Shown here one piece after another: positions 53,359-63,717 of a DNA stretch of 64,000 nucleotides. Origin of the DNA: Pelagomonas calceolata (Eukaryota); assembly GCA_918797485.1 (NCBI GenBank), contig CAKKNE010000001.1, forward strand, positions 3,286,001-3,350,000, in the 5' to 3' direction. The position numbers and the translations under genes are program-made. Below the pieces are notes generated by a model. The model was not told where the DNA came from, searched no databases, and worked only from the letters and a program-made list of their open reading frames with translations. Position 1 is the stretch's first letter. Every line of letters begins with the position of its first letter.

Positions 53359-53793
53359 ACTTGTGCAGTCGTGTCTTTAGAAGTGTTACGTCTGTTTCGT
53401 TGCGTTAGATGAGTGGTCTATGGCGTGTAACACAGCCGAAACCGGGGCTTTGCGGACAGGTCAGACAAGCCGACCCCCTATTCAGTACCCTACCACCAGG
53501 TATAAGGTACATACGATACCTTACCTCGCGGCCGACCGTGCAAACACTTTGTCCAGCGCCCGCTGGAGCTTGCACTGAGTTGTTAGGAAATTTAGGAGCT
53601 CCTTTAACCACTGTGACACGTGCCGACGAGTTCTAGAGTGCGCAACGACAGTGCAGCCTTGTGCAAGTGCAGCCAGTGCAGCCTTGCGCAAGGACCATGC
53701 GGCGGCACCAATGCTCCAAAGCGCTGCTCGCCGCAAACCACCAGCGTCCGCGAAAAAAAAAAAAACAAGCGGGACATCTTGCGACGCACCGCG

Positions 53794-54596
53794 ATGCACG
53801 CCAGTCATCGACGGGAGCTACTAGTTCCACGCGAGAGAAGAAGGCCTGTTGAGTCCCAAAGGGCAAGCTCACACACCCCCCGGGAATTTATGGCTGTACA
53901 AAAACGCAGGTTCTATGTGTTACCAATGCCTTCGCACCGACACCCGTAAGACGACCAAGCATAAGACAAGACGCGCAGCTGACGGGCGACGCGAGGGTAG
54001 CCGGCGGCATCGTTGGATTGGCTTTAGTGGCAGCAAACAGAATTTTCCTCGCCGGCGAGCTGGCCTTTGGGGATCAGAGCCGCGCGGATCTACTCGCGGT
54101 GGCGGCGACGATGGGTTTAATACTGGACGGGCTGAGCCAGGTCGACGTCGAAACGCGCGAGTCGGAAGTCGTGCAGTTGCGAGGGGAGCGGGGGCGCGGC
54201 GTGTCGTCGTCATTGTCAGATGGTGACGCGAGCGCGGCGCGCTGGGCGGCCCGAGCCATCCGGACCATTGAAAGTGTCAAAACTGTCGTATTGTACTACA
54301 ATGACAAAACTATACTACGAGAAGGTATTCTAGGTGCGTCGCGCGACGTCGACGCCGCCTCGCCGACGTTCTCGGCGGCTCTACGCGCGTCCGTCGAGAC
54401 GTACGCGCCCGATTTACAGGCCGTGCCGGCGCGCGTCGACTTTGGGTGTTTGCCCAAAAACGCCCAATCCGCGCTCATCCAGCCCTTTTCCGGCGGCTGC
54501 GTCGCCGTGGCGTGCGACCGCAAGCGCGCGCTCTCGCCGCGCGACGTGGCGAAGATACGGGTTGTCGCGCGGCGGCTCGGGGAGCGGCTCTCGTAA
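53794..54596 (+). CDS. CCB2/CCB4-like cytochrome b6 heme assembly factor; first exon tentative (53794-53823, intron to 53909)
   Basis: TNA-FAP transit motif after the acceptor at 53909; QSRADLLAV..LILDGL and LPKNAQSALIQPF motifs. Confidence 0.65.
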
Positions 54597-54803
54597 TTTG
54601 ATGGTTCTGTATGTGCTGCGCGTCGATGGCGTTCGCGCGGGTATGCAGCCATTTCTGGTCTGTGCAGATCGGGGCAGCCCCAGAGCGCTAGGCCGTCGCG
54701 CCGGAGCGACTGATCAGTGTGGAGGAAAGCGCGCATCCATCATTGATCGCCGCGCTCGCGTGCGGTTGGCTGCTCATTACTGTGGCTGCTCACACTGCCT
54801 GCC

Positions 54804-57591
54804 ATGGCCTCGCCTCGAGCACGGCTCCCGCCCGACGGGCTGTCGTCCCATCATCTTTCCAAATCCAGCCGACGGAGGAGCGATGCAGAAGAGAGCCGCG
54901 CGACTGCTCGAACCCTCCTGCTGAAGGGGCACAGCGACCCCGTGTCGTGCTTGGCGGCGCTCGACGGCGGCCGGCTGGCATCCGGCAGCTGGGACAATTC
55001 CGTCGTCATCTGGAGCCAAGACGGCACGCAACTCGCCAAGCTCGAGGGGCACAGGCGCGCTGTCTGGAGCCTGGCCGCGCTCGACGCCGGTCGGCTGGCG
55101 TCCGGCAGCTGGGATAACTCCGTCATCATCTGGAGCCTTGAAGACGGCAAACAGGTCGCCAAGCTCGAGGGCCACACGCGCCCCGTCTGGAGCCTGGTGG
55201 CGCTCGACGGCGGACGGCTCGCGTCCGGGGGCGGCGACGCTTCCATCATCATCTGGAATCTTGCGGACGGCACACAGCTCACGAAACTCGAGGGGCACAC
55301 GAGCTATGTCCAATGCCTGGCCGTGCTCGACGGCGAGCGACTCGCATCTGGGAGCCGAGACAGATCCATCATCGTCTGGAGCCTCGCGGACGGCACGCGG
55401 TTATCCACGCTCGAGGGGCACACCAGCGCGGTCCTGAGCCTGACCGTGCTTGCCGATGGCCGGCTGGCGTCAGGGAGCGGAGACAGCTCAATCATCCTCT
55501 GGAATCCCGCGGACGGTGCGCAGCTCGCCACGCTCGAGGGGCACACGGGCTCGGTCCAATGCCTGACCACGTTTGACGGCGACCGGCTCGCGTCCGGTGG
55601 CGATGATACCTCAATCATTATCTGGAATCTTGCGGACGGCAGAAAGATCGCCAAATTCGAGGGACACACGGCCATGGTCCGATGCCTAGCTACGCTCGAC
55701 GGCGCGGCGCTCGCATCAGGTGGAAGCGACGAGACGATAAGAATTCGCCCGGTGCTTCACCCGGCCGCGTACAGGTTCAACGCCTGCGCCTCGGCCGAGT
55801 ACAGGGCGTTCGAGTTCGAGGACGTCGCTCGCTCGTGTCGCAAGGAGGGCTGCCTCGGCGACCTGTTCGAAGCCGCCGCCGTGCAGCAGTTCGACGAACA
55901 CATTGGTGGCTTGAGTGCGTCTGCCTCCATCGCCAGACAGGCCCACGTCTTCGACGCGCTCGCCAAGGTGGCAAAGGAAGACGCCGGATTTCGGTCGCAA
56001 ATGATCGACAGCCTCGCGCCGAGCGTCCTCGCGCTCGTCCGCGACGACGCGTTGCTGCCCGACATGTATCGCCGCGGTGTGTCGAACGCCGCCATCCAGG
56101 AGCTCGCACCGAGTCCGCTATTCCGCGTCGTGCTGGACGCCAAGTTCGCCGCCGGGCCGAAGTTTGTGCTTTACTTCGAACTTCTTATCTTTATTGTGCT
56201 CGGGTTATGCTTTACGCGCGTCGCTCCGTACCAAGTGTTTGCTCGGGGGGAGAAGTGGTTTCCCTCGGAAAACATTGTCGAGATTGTTTTCGCGTTTGTG
56301 GTGCTGGCTTATTTCTCGGTGCGCGAGATCTACCAAATGGCATTTACGCGCGCCATCGAGCTGGAGTCGTCTGAGGAACAGCTCGACGACGCAGAAGGCC
56401 TCGCTGCGTACCTGGCGGATGCGATCGTGGTCCCGCTGCATCTCATTGCCTGTTACTGTGTGGAAATCCATCGAGCAGATGCAGTTACGAGGACGACGTC
56501 GCGTCGATGGCGTGGGGCGTCCGAAATTTGATTTCCACGCAGGCCTGCTGCGCTGGGAAACGCGACGAATTCGAGGACTGGTCCGAAAAGGCCATCCGAG
56601 AACCCATCAGATACGACGCTTTGACCTTCCTTGGCCTGTCGCGGGCGTGGCGCTATGACTACTGGAACTGGATAGACCTGGCGACGATCGGCTGCGCGTG
56701 GGCCGCCTTTTCGCGCGCGGCGATGCCTGGGGCGCGGCTCAGTCCCGACCTAGCCGTCGCCACTTCGATGCTGATGTGGGTCCGATTCTGCTGGTACCTC
56801 AAGAACATGCGGCTCGGCTGGGCCAAGTTTGTACTCATGTTCGAAGACATTGTTTGGGACCTTCGCTATTATTTATTCTACTTTCTCGTGGTTCTCCTGA
56901 TGTTCGCGAGCGCGTTCTATTTGTACCTCGGCCCGCGCAAGAGCGACGAGTTTGGATTTCACGACGGGCACAACGCGTTCCGGACCTTCCCCTATACGGT
57001 ATACAACTTGATACTGCTGGGCTTCGTCGGTGATTTCGACCCGGACAATTTCGACGAGGTCGCTGTGCGCGTCCTACTAGTATTCTTCATCCTGGTCGTA
57101 ATGGTCGTGTTCGTAGCCCGTGTAGAAATCAAATTTCGCGATGCCCCACCAGCCTATTGCACACGATGCCCCACCAGCCTATTGCACACAGGTTTCTGAA
57201 CGTCTTGATAGCAATCGTCTCCGATAGCTACGATCTCTCGATGGCGAAGGCCGAGGGCCTCTTCTTGCGCAGCCGGTGCGAGCTCATCACGGAGACGGCA
57301 CTGATCGCGTCCCTTCTACCGACGCGGTGCCTGCCGACGCATGACGAAGCGACGATCAAGGCGAGCCTCGCGCTTGCGCTCCGCAGAGCGACCAGACAAG
57401 CCGACGACGACCCGAACCGTCTGAATTACACGATCAACGCCGTCGCTGCGATTGTCGACAACCGAACGCAGAAGCTGGAGGCCGAGCTCGCAGCGACGCG
57501 GCGCGAACTCTCCGAGATGAAGGCCATGCTCCAACTCCTCGTCGACAAGGGAGAAGAGCGCCACGGCCTCCTTCGGAGGCTCATAGACTAA
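54804..57591 (+). CDS. WD40-repeat + TRP-like ion channel fusion, 3 exons (54804-56447, 56543-57108, 57192-57591)
   Basis: Seven near-identical WD repeats (LEGH...LASGS.D.S.IIW), then TMs with DYWNWID, a pore region and FLNVLIAIVSDSY, then a coiled coil. Confidence 0.75.
56448..56550 (+). mobile_element. Introner element forming GC-AG intron 56448-56542
   Basis: Degenerate TSD GCCTGTTA/GCCTGCTG; TIRs CTGTGTGGAAATC / GATTTCCACGCAG. Confidence 0.8.
57109..57191 (+). mobile_element. Decayed inverted introner intron with internal 25-bp tandem duplication
   Basis: The 5' part CCGTGTAGAAATCAAATTT is the reverse complement of the 3' end of other copies; CGATGCCCCACCAGCCTATTGCACA occurs twice (57139-57188). 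Confidence 0.65.
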
Positions 57592-57618
57592 TGAATCATT
57601 AGCCTGGGAGGGGTACGA

Positions 57619-59589
57619 CTAGGCGCGGCCTTGGGCCTGCTTGACCTTGGCGATCAGCAACGGCACGACGGACGGGTCCGCCAACGTCGTCACGTCCCCC
57701 AATTGATCTTCTTCCGCCGCCGCGACCTTGCGCAGGATGCGGCGCATGATCTTGCCCGACCGCGTCTTCGGGAGGCCGGCCACCGGAATCAAGAGGTCCG
57801 GCGTCGCGAAGGGCCCGATTGCAGAACGAACGGCCCCTTTCAATTCCTTGAGTAACTCCGGAGACTCGGTAATACCCTTCGTCAGCTCGAGGTAGCAGCA
57901 GATGCCCTGGCCCTTGATGTCGTGCGGGTAGCCTATGGTGGCGGCCTGCGCGACGGCCGGATGCGCTACTAGAGCCGATTCGACTTCCGCCGTGCCGATG
58001 CGGTGCCCCGACGTGTTCAGGACGTCATCAACTCTTCCAGTAATCCAGTAGTAGCCGTCCTCGTCCTTCGTGCAGCCGTCTCCGGTAAAATAGTAGGGCT
58101 TGTAGCAGTCTAGATAGGTCGCCATGTAGCGCTCGTGGTCGCCCCAGACCGTGCGGCACGCCGACGGCCACGGCTTGGCTAGCGCGAGCACACCATCAGC
58201 TCGTTGGCCTTTGGACCAGGCCACCTCCTGGCCGGACTGGGCATCTAACACTTTGGGCTCGACGCCGAAGAAGGGCAGGCAACAGGACCCCGGCTTCATG
58301 GGCGTGACACCCGGCAGCGGCGTCATCACATGGCCACCGGTTTCTGTTTGCCAGTACGTGTCGGCGATGGCGCACTTGCTATCGCCCACGACCTGGAAGT
58401 ACCAGCGCCAGGCCTCGGGGTTGATCGGTTCGCCGACCGTTCCCAGGATTCTTAACGAGCTACGGTCGTGCTTCTTGACCGGTTCATCTCCATAAGCCAT
58501 CAAGGCTCGGATGGCCGTCGGTGCCGTGTAGAACACGGAGATTTTGTGCGTAGCCACCATCTGCCAGTAGCGGCCCGGGTCCGGGTAGGTAGGTACTGAT
58601 TCGAACATGACGGTCGTGGCGCCGTTGCACAGAGGACCGTAGACGATGTAGGAGTGACCGGTGATCCACCCGACGTCGGCGACGCACGCAAAGACATCAT
58701 CATCCCGCAGATCGAACGAGTACTTCGTCGTCATCGCCGCGAATAGCAAATACCCCGCATAGCTATGCGCAACACCTTTAGGTTTTCCGGTAGAGCCGGA
58801 GGTATACAAAGTGAACATCGTCTCTTCACTCCCCATGGCCTCGGCGTGGCAGTAGGGCCTCATCTTCGGCACCACGAGATCCATGTGCACGTCCCTAGCA
58901 TGATAGGGGACGCCGTGCTCGCCCGTGCGCTTGAAGACGAATACACGTTCTACATTGGGACAGTCGTTCACGGCGGCGTCCGTGATCTCCTTGAGCTTGA
59001 TGGTCTTCGAGCCTCGTTTCCCGACGTCCGCGGTGCAGACCCACTTCGATTGGGAGTCGACAATCCGGTCCTTCAGTGAGGTTGCGGTGAACCCAGCAAA
59101 CACGACAGAGTGGGGGCAGCCGATGCGCGTGCAGGCCAACATGGCCATCGCCGTATCCGGCATCATGGGCATGTAGATCGTCACAAAGTCTCCTTTTCTA
59201 CACCCATGCAACTTGAGAGCGTTGGCTACTCTACAGGTGCCGTGGAAGACCTCGAGGTAGGACAATTTTTTGGATTGGCCCGGTTCGTCCGCCTCCCAGA
59301 GAATAGCGGTCTTGTCCGCCTTGGTTGCTAAATGGCGATCCAAGCAGCACGCACTCACATTGAGTTGGCCGCCCACGAACCACGCATGGTCACCGACCGC
59401 AAAGCCTCCTGTCGACACTCTATCGTAGGGCCGGATCCAGTCGATGAACTGCGCGGACTGCTTCCGCCAGAACTCGTCTCTCGTCGACGGGTCTATCGAC
59501 TCTTTGTACATCTCCTCGTACTGTTTCAGGCCGCCGGGGATGGCGTGGTGTTGGCCGATGGGGTCGTAGACGGGTTTTAGCTCGGCCAT
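57619..59589 (-). CDS. acs: Acetyl-CoA synthetase (AMP-forming)
   Basis: YTSGSTGKPKG, TVGEPINPEAW, DTYWQTETGG and PKTRSGKIMRR motifs. Confidence 0.96.
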   Translation of the reverse strand: MAELKPVYDPIGQHHAIPGGLKQYEEMYKESIDPSTRDEFWRKQSAQFIDWIRPYDRVSTGGFAVGDHAWFVGGQLNVSACCLDRHLATKADKTAILWEADEPGQSKKLSYLEVFHGTCRVANALKLHGCRKGDFVTIYMPMMPDTAMAMLACTRIGCPHSVVFAGFTATSLKDRIVDSQSKWVCTADVGKRGSKTIKLKEITDAAVNDCPNVERVFVFKRTGEHGVPYHARDVHMDLVVPKMRPYCHAEAMGSEETMFTLYTSGSTGKPKGVAHSYAGYLLFAAMTTKYSFDLRDDDVFACVADVGWITGHSYIVYGPLCNGATTVMFESVPTYPDPGRYWQMVATHKISVFYTAPTAIRALMAYGDEPVKKHDRSSLRILGTVGEPINPEAWRWYFQVVGDSKCAIADTYWQTETGGHVMTPLPGVTPMKPGSCCLPFFGVEPKVLDAQSGQEVAWSKGQRADGVLALAKPWPSACRTVWGDHERYMATYLDCYKPYYFTGDGCTKDEDGYYWITGRVDDVLNTSGHRIGTAEVESALVAHPAVAQAATIGYPHDIKGQGICCYLELTKGITESPELLKELKGAVRSAIGPFATPDLLIPVAGLPKTRSGKIMRRILRKVAAAEEDQLGDVTTLADPSVVPLLIAKVKQAQGRA

Positions 59590-59948
59590 ACTGTTTGACG
59601 AGTTGGTGGTGTGCCGCAGCGATGGCGTCACACGTGCAAAACTTCGGGCGGCGCTGCGTTTTAGCGGCACGCTCTCCGCAGAAACTGTGGATTTGCTGCT
59701 TCCTAGGGCGTCGCGGCGTCGCGGTGCTTGGCTTGCGGGGTTGCTGGCGAGTCGCAGGGATGACGCACACCCGTGAAACTTCCAGCGGCGGGGCGTACAC
59801 CGGAAGAGCGCGTCTACTTTGCGACGATAAAATTTAATCCTCGCTGGCTAGCTTCATACAGGCACTAGAGCAAATTCCTAAACGCGGAAGCCCTGGAAGC
59901 CGGGGCTCTGCGAGAAAATAAGAGAAGAATGAAACAAAAACAGAAGAC

Positions 59949-60887
59949 CTAGTCCTTCGACGCCGCGTCGGCGCCGTACCACGCGTCCCGCATGCGCCGG
60001 TTGTCCCAGTCGTGCCAGTCGCGCGCGCCGGGCATCGCATCCAACATGGCCGCTCGAACCGCCCCCGCGTACGTCGCCGCGTCCGTGCGCATGAGCGGCG
60101 TCGGTCGCAAGGGCTCCAATACCCTAACGTCGATGGTTTTTCCGCGTTCGAGGAGTGATCGCACGAAGTGCCATAGAACCGCCGACGCCGTCGACTGGTT
60201 GTCCGTATACGACAGATCGAAGCCCGATGGACACGTATACGAGATCACGACGGGCAGCACGGGCGCGCGCGGCGCAAAGGCCCCGGACCGGAACGCCGCC
60301 AAACCTCTTCCCGTCGTCGTCGCGCCCTCCGGGAAGATGAGCAACGGCCACCTCACCTCGGCATCGCCGCTCAACCTTTCACTGATCTCCCGCCGCGCGC
60401 CGCCGCCGCCCGGCGACGCCGTGGCTCGTCGGTCCACGCCGACGGCGCCCATCGCGGTCAACACCCTTCCAACCACGGGCACGCCGAACAAGCCTTGTCT
60501 AGCTACAAAGGCCACGGGCCCGACGGCACACATCAAAGTCCAGGGGTCGTAGACTGCTATATGGTTTGCGACGACCGCGTGCCGGTTCTTTGTTGTGCTT
60601 GCTAAATCATCTGCGAGAGCGGCGCCCACGATGCGCACGCGGAAGCCCGCGCTTCGTAACAGGATGTAGGACGATGCCTTCGTCGCGGCTCTATATAGGG
60701 CGTCCGCGCCAGGTAGACTTCGCAGGTACGAGTACGCGAGGGTGGCTATTAATGCGAAGACCCAGACGCCGATCCAAATCGTGATGCGGATCGGTAGCAG
60801 TATTACATTTATTATTCCGACGTCGGCGAACCGGAACGGCACTACCCTCGCGCGGTGCGGCAGCTCCTCGGTTGGTGCTTGTGGCAT
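59949..60887 (-). CDS. Lysophospholipid acyltransferase (LPCAT-like)
   Basis: NHIAVYD (HX4D) and LIFPEGATT..FRSGAF motifs. Confidence 0.85.
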   Translation of the reverse strand: MPQAPTEELPHRARVVPFRFADVGIINVILLPIRITIWIGVWVFALIATLAYSYLRSLPGADALYRAATKASSYILLRSAGFRVRIVGAALADDLASTTKNRHAVVANHIAVYDPWTLMCAVGPVAFVARQGLFGVPVVGRVLTAMGAVGVDRRATASPGGGGARREISERLSGDAEVRWPLLIFPEGATTTGRGLAAFRSGAFAPRAPVLPVVISYTCPSGFDLSYTDNQSTASAVLWHFVRSLLERGKTIDVRVLEPLRPTPLMRTDAATYAGAVRAAMLDAMPGARDWHDWDNRRMRDAWYGADAASKD

Positions 60888-61258
60888 GGCTGCTTTCTCG
60901 GGGAGCAGCCTTTTGCGACGCTCACGCGGCGGTGGCGTACAGCGCTGCGGCGGCTGCGAGATCCAGAGATGCTCTCAGGCAAGCAAGTGCTCTTCAGCGA
61001 GACGGCAGCGCCTTGGCTGGAGGTTTGCGATTTACACGTGTGCGGTGCGCGTCTTTAGACGTTGTGGGTGTGTCACGGGTGCGCACGGCGGCCAATTATT
61101 CCGCTGCAAAACTCAAGCTCGGCTCGGAGAGCAGCCCTGGTGGCAAGGCCCTGCGCGGCACTGACGGCACGAACGCACAGTGGCATTCAGCAGGACATCA
61201 TTGGTGCCCCAGAGAGTCGCGTCGTCCATCTGTTTCCATCGCTGTGGGTCCTATAAGG

Positions 61259-61864
61259 ATGCCACGCTCTCTCAGCTTTGTGGCATGTGCGAGCGTCAGC
61301 ACCGCCCTGACGCTGACGACGCGATCGCGCGTACCCAATGCATCACCCCAGGAGCTTCAGCAGTTCCTCGCTACGCCAGCGAATTGGCCGCGCATCGTGC
61401 TGTCCTCAGTCGGCGTCGAAGGTGCCTCGACCGCGGCGCCGCTGCGGCCCGGAGCTGAAGTGGACGAGCTCTTCGGCCTCCCGCCGATATTGCCGTTGCG
61501 CGTAAAGTGGCGCTGCGAAGCCGCCGGCGCCAATACGCTGGACGTTCGCTCCGCGGACGGCCTCGCCGGCGTCGCCACGGATTGCCGCATGGATTTTTCG
61601 ATAGAAGCGGACGGTGACGCCTCGGTCGTCGACCTGGCAATGTCCTACGAGCCGGCGTCTCCGCTCGCCCTGCTCGCCGCGCCTGTTCTCATCGTTGACA
61701 ATTGGCTCGCGCTCAACGTGCTGCTGCCGCGCGCGTTCTCGGGGAGTCCTCTCGTTCGACAAAGGGACGTCCCGGGACTGGCGTTTTTCGCGCTGCTCAG
61801 CACGTGGCACTTCGGAGTGGGACCGGCGATACGCGATGCCGTCCTGGCCGCGCGGGGCGGGTAA
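61259..61864 (+). CDS. SRPBCC/polyketide-cyclase-like protein with signal peptide
   Basis: ASPQELQQFLATPANWPRI START/SRPBCC-like start; C-terminal TM. Confidence 0.55.
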   Translation: MPRSLSFVACASVSTALTLTTRSRVPNASPQELQQFLATPANWPRIVLSSVGVEGASTAAPLRPGAEVDELFGLPPILPLRVKWRCEAAGANTLDVRSADGLAGVATDCRMDFSIEADGDASVVDLAMSYEPASPLALLAAPVLIVDNWLALNVLLPRAFSGSPLVRQRDVPGLAFFALLSTWHFGVGPAIRDAVLAARGG

Positions 61865-61880
61865 CACACTATGTTTGTTA

Positions 61881-63272
61881 CTAGCATATCCCGTCGACGA
61901 GGTATGTAGGACGGCATGGCTTGGGTTCGCCGCCGTCGCGCCTCCGCGCCTCCAATTCCGCAATCCTAGCAAGCGCGGCCGGCGGCGGCGTGGACCCCTT
62001 ATCGCGGAACTTCTCCTCCAATGCCCTGAGCTCCTCGGCCGATTTCGGGGGCGGCGGCGGCGGCGGTGGCGGCGGCGGCGGCAGATGCGGTGGCGATTCA
62101 TGGGAGAAGCTATGCAAAGGCACCAGTTCCTTCAAATACGTCGCGTCCTCGTCGCCCTTGCCCCAATTGAAGGGGTTCCGCGTCAGGATCGCTTCACAAC
62201 TTGCCTTCATCACCTCCTTGTCGTGGAGCAAGTAGGCGTCGCCGAACTGCGGGCACAAGGTAAAGCCCTGGCGCCGGTCGGGCACCCGCACGATGTGTCC
62301 CGTCAATAAATCGCCGGCGCTCGAATGTTTAAGGCCCGAGCAGTGCGTGCCCTGGTACCAGTCGATGCCATTCAGGATATACCTTTCGATGGTCGTGCCT
62401 CCCGCTCTTACGCCCGGCGTGAATTCTTTTTTACATGAATATAACTCGTGGCGGTTGTGCTCGAAGGCCCTTCTCGCATCATCTCGGCGGATCCACCAGG
62501 TCCAGTCCTGGCGCATGCGATTCAGATCGAACTCAAAGGTGCAGAACGGGCGGAACGGAATGGGCCACATGAGGTCCGCTCTCGCATATAGTATAGCGTC
62601 AAACCTAAAACCAGAACGGTTCTCGTGGCGCTTAATCATGTTATAGCATTGGTACCGGTTGTCGAGCTGGCCCTGCAAGGACTTGTAGGCCGCCCACTGG
62701 CGCGTGTCCTCCGGTAAAGCGCTTCTATCATTTTCCGAACTTCCATTGATACGAAAATGGCCATAATTCGGGCAGCGCGGCGGCTCGACATGAGCCGTGT
62801 CCTTGATGATGACATTGTCTGGCGCTATCTGGAGGTGCCTGAGCCCCTCGTCGACCTCTTCTTTTGTGGCAGTGACGTTCGCCGCTAACCTACAATTCGT
62901 GACGCACTGGCCCCCGTCCCGAATCGTGCCTCTATCATCCCCCAGTTTCAGGTAGGCGAAGGGGACCACAATGCCGCCGAGCGCGTCGATCACGTTGGCT
63001 TTAAGTGTGCGATACACCACAGGGTGGCCGAAGGTCCGCGCCGCGCCGCCGACGCACACGGCCGTGCGCTTCGGCTTCACGCCGGCGCAGACCAGATTAG
63101 GCACGGAGAACCGCGCGTGGTCCGGGAGGGCCAGTGCCTTCTCGCGCTGCGCCGCCTCCTGCTTTTTTAAGTCGGCCTCGGCCTCGGGCACGAGGTTGAC
63201 TTCCTGCAGCGTGCGGTACTCCGCGTTGCCGAGGGAGAGGGCCAGCAGCAGCGGCGCGCGCATCCACGCCAT
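61881..63272 (-). CDS. Secreted hypothetical (glycosyltransferase-like) protein
   Basis: Signal peptide; AVCVGGAARTF and FDAILYARADL motifs; poly-Pro tail. Confidence 0.6.
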   Translation of the reverse strand: MAWMRAPLLLALSLGNAEYRTLQEVNLVPEAEADLKKQEAAQREKALALPDHARFSVPNLVCAGVKPKRTAVCVGGAARTFGHPVVYRTLKANVIDALGGIVVPFAYLKLGDDRGTIRDGGQCVTNCRLAANVTATKEEVDEGLRHLQIAPDNVIIKDTAHVEPPRCPNYGHFRINGSSENDRSALPEDTRQWAAYKSLQGQLDNRYQCYNMIKRHENRSGFRFDAILYARADLMWPIPFRPFCTFEFDLNRMRQDWTWWIRRDDARRAFEHNRHELYSCKKEFTPGVRAGGTTIERYILNGIDWYQGTHCSGLKHSSAGDLLTGHIVRVPDRRQGFTLCPQFGDAYLLHDKEVMKASCEAILTRNPFNWGKGDEDATYLKELVPLHSFSHESPPHLPPPPPPPPPPPPKSAEELRALEEKFRDKGSTPPPAALARIAELEARRRDGGEPKPCRPTYLVDGIC

Positions 63273-63717
63273 CGTCGCGTCGACGGCGTGGGGCTGGCAC
63301 CAGCTTATGGGCAGCCGCGGCTAAGAGGTGCCTTGGGGGCAGCCCGCTACTGCTGGTGCGATAGCCCACTATTGCTGGTAAGATGCTTGAGGCAGCGTTG
63401 TGGAATGCTTCGGCAGCCGACGCATGCGCAAAAAGCTTGCTAGTGTCTTACAGCACGCTAGGCGCCGCAGCCGCAGAGGTGCCGCACGCCTGCCGTCGCG
63501 ACGCGGCGCAGCAGTCCACACCTCGGGTGACTCGATCTGTGCAACCGCGGGTGAAAGCACTGCTCAATTCGCCGTGGAAGGCGTAGAGAGCAGGGGGCCC
63601 AAAAACTCACTTGCCCGTAGCGGTGCGAGATCGCGTCGCTGGAACCGCAGCGATCGCAGCAAGCCGCACGGCTCAGCGACAAAGAATTTCGCCAGCGGGC
63701 GTGGCATTTGGAGCGCG

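Noticed and set aside
53560..53630. tRNA-like D-arm string (CAGTGGTTAAAGGAG) on the minus strand
   Set aside because: No anticodon stem, TTCGA T-loop or acceptor stem could be built.
54925..55740. CRISPR-like or satellite array
   Set aside because: The repeats are coding WD40 units, with no repeat-spacer structure.
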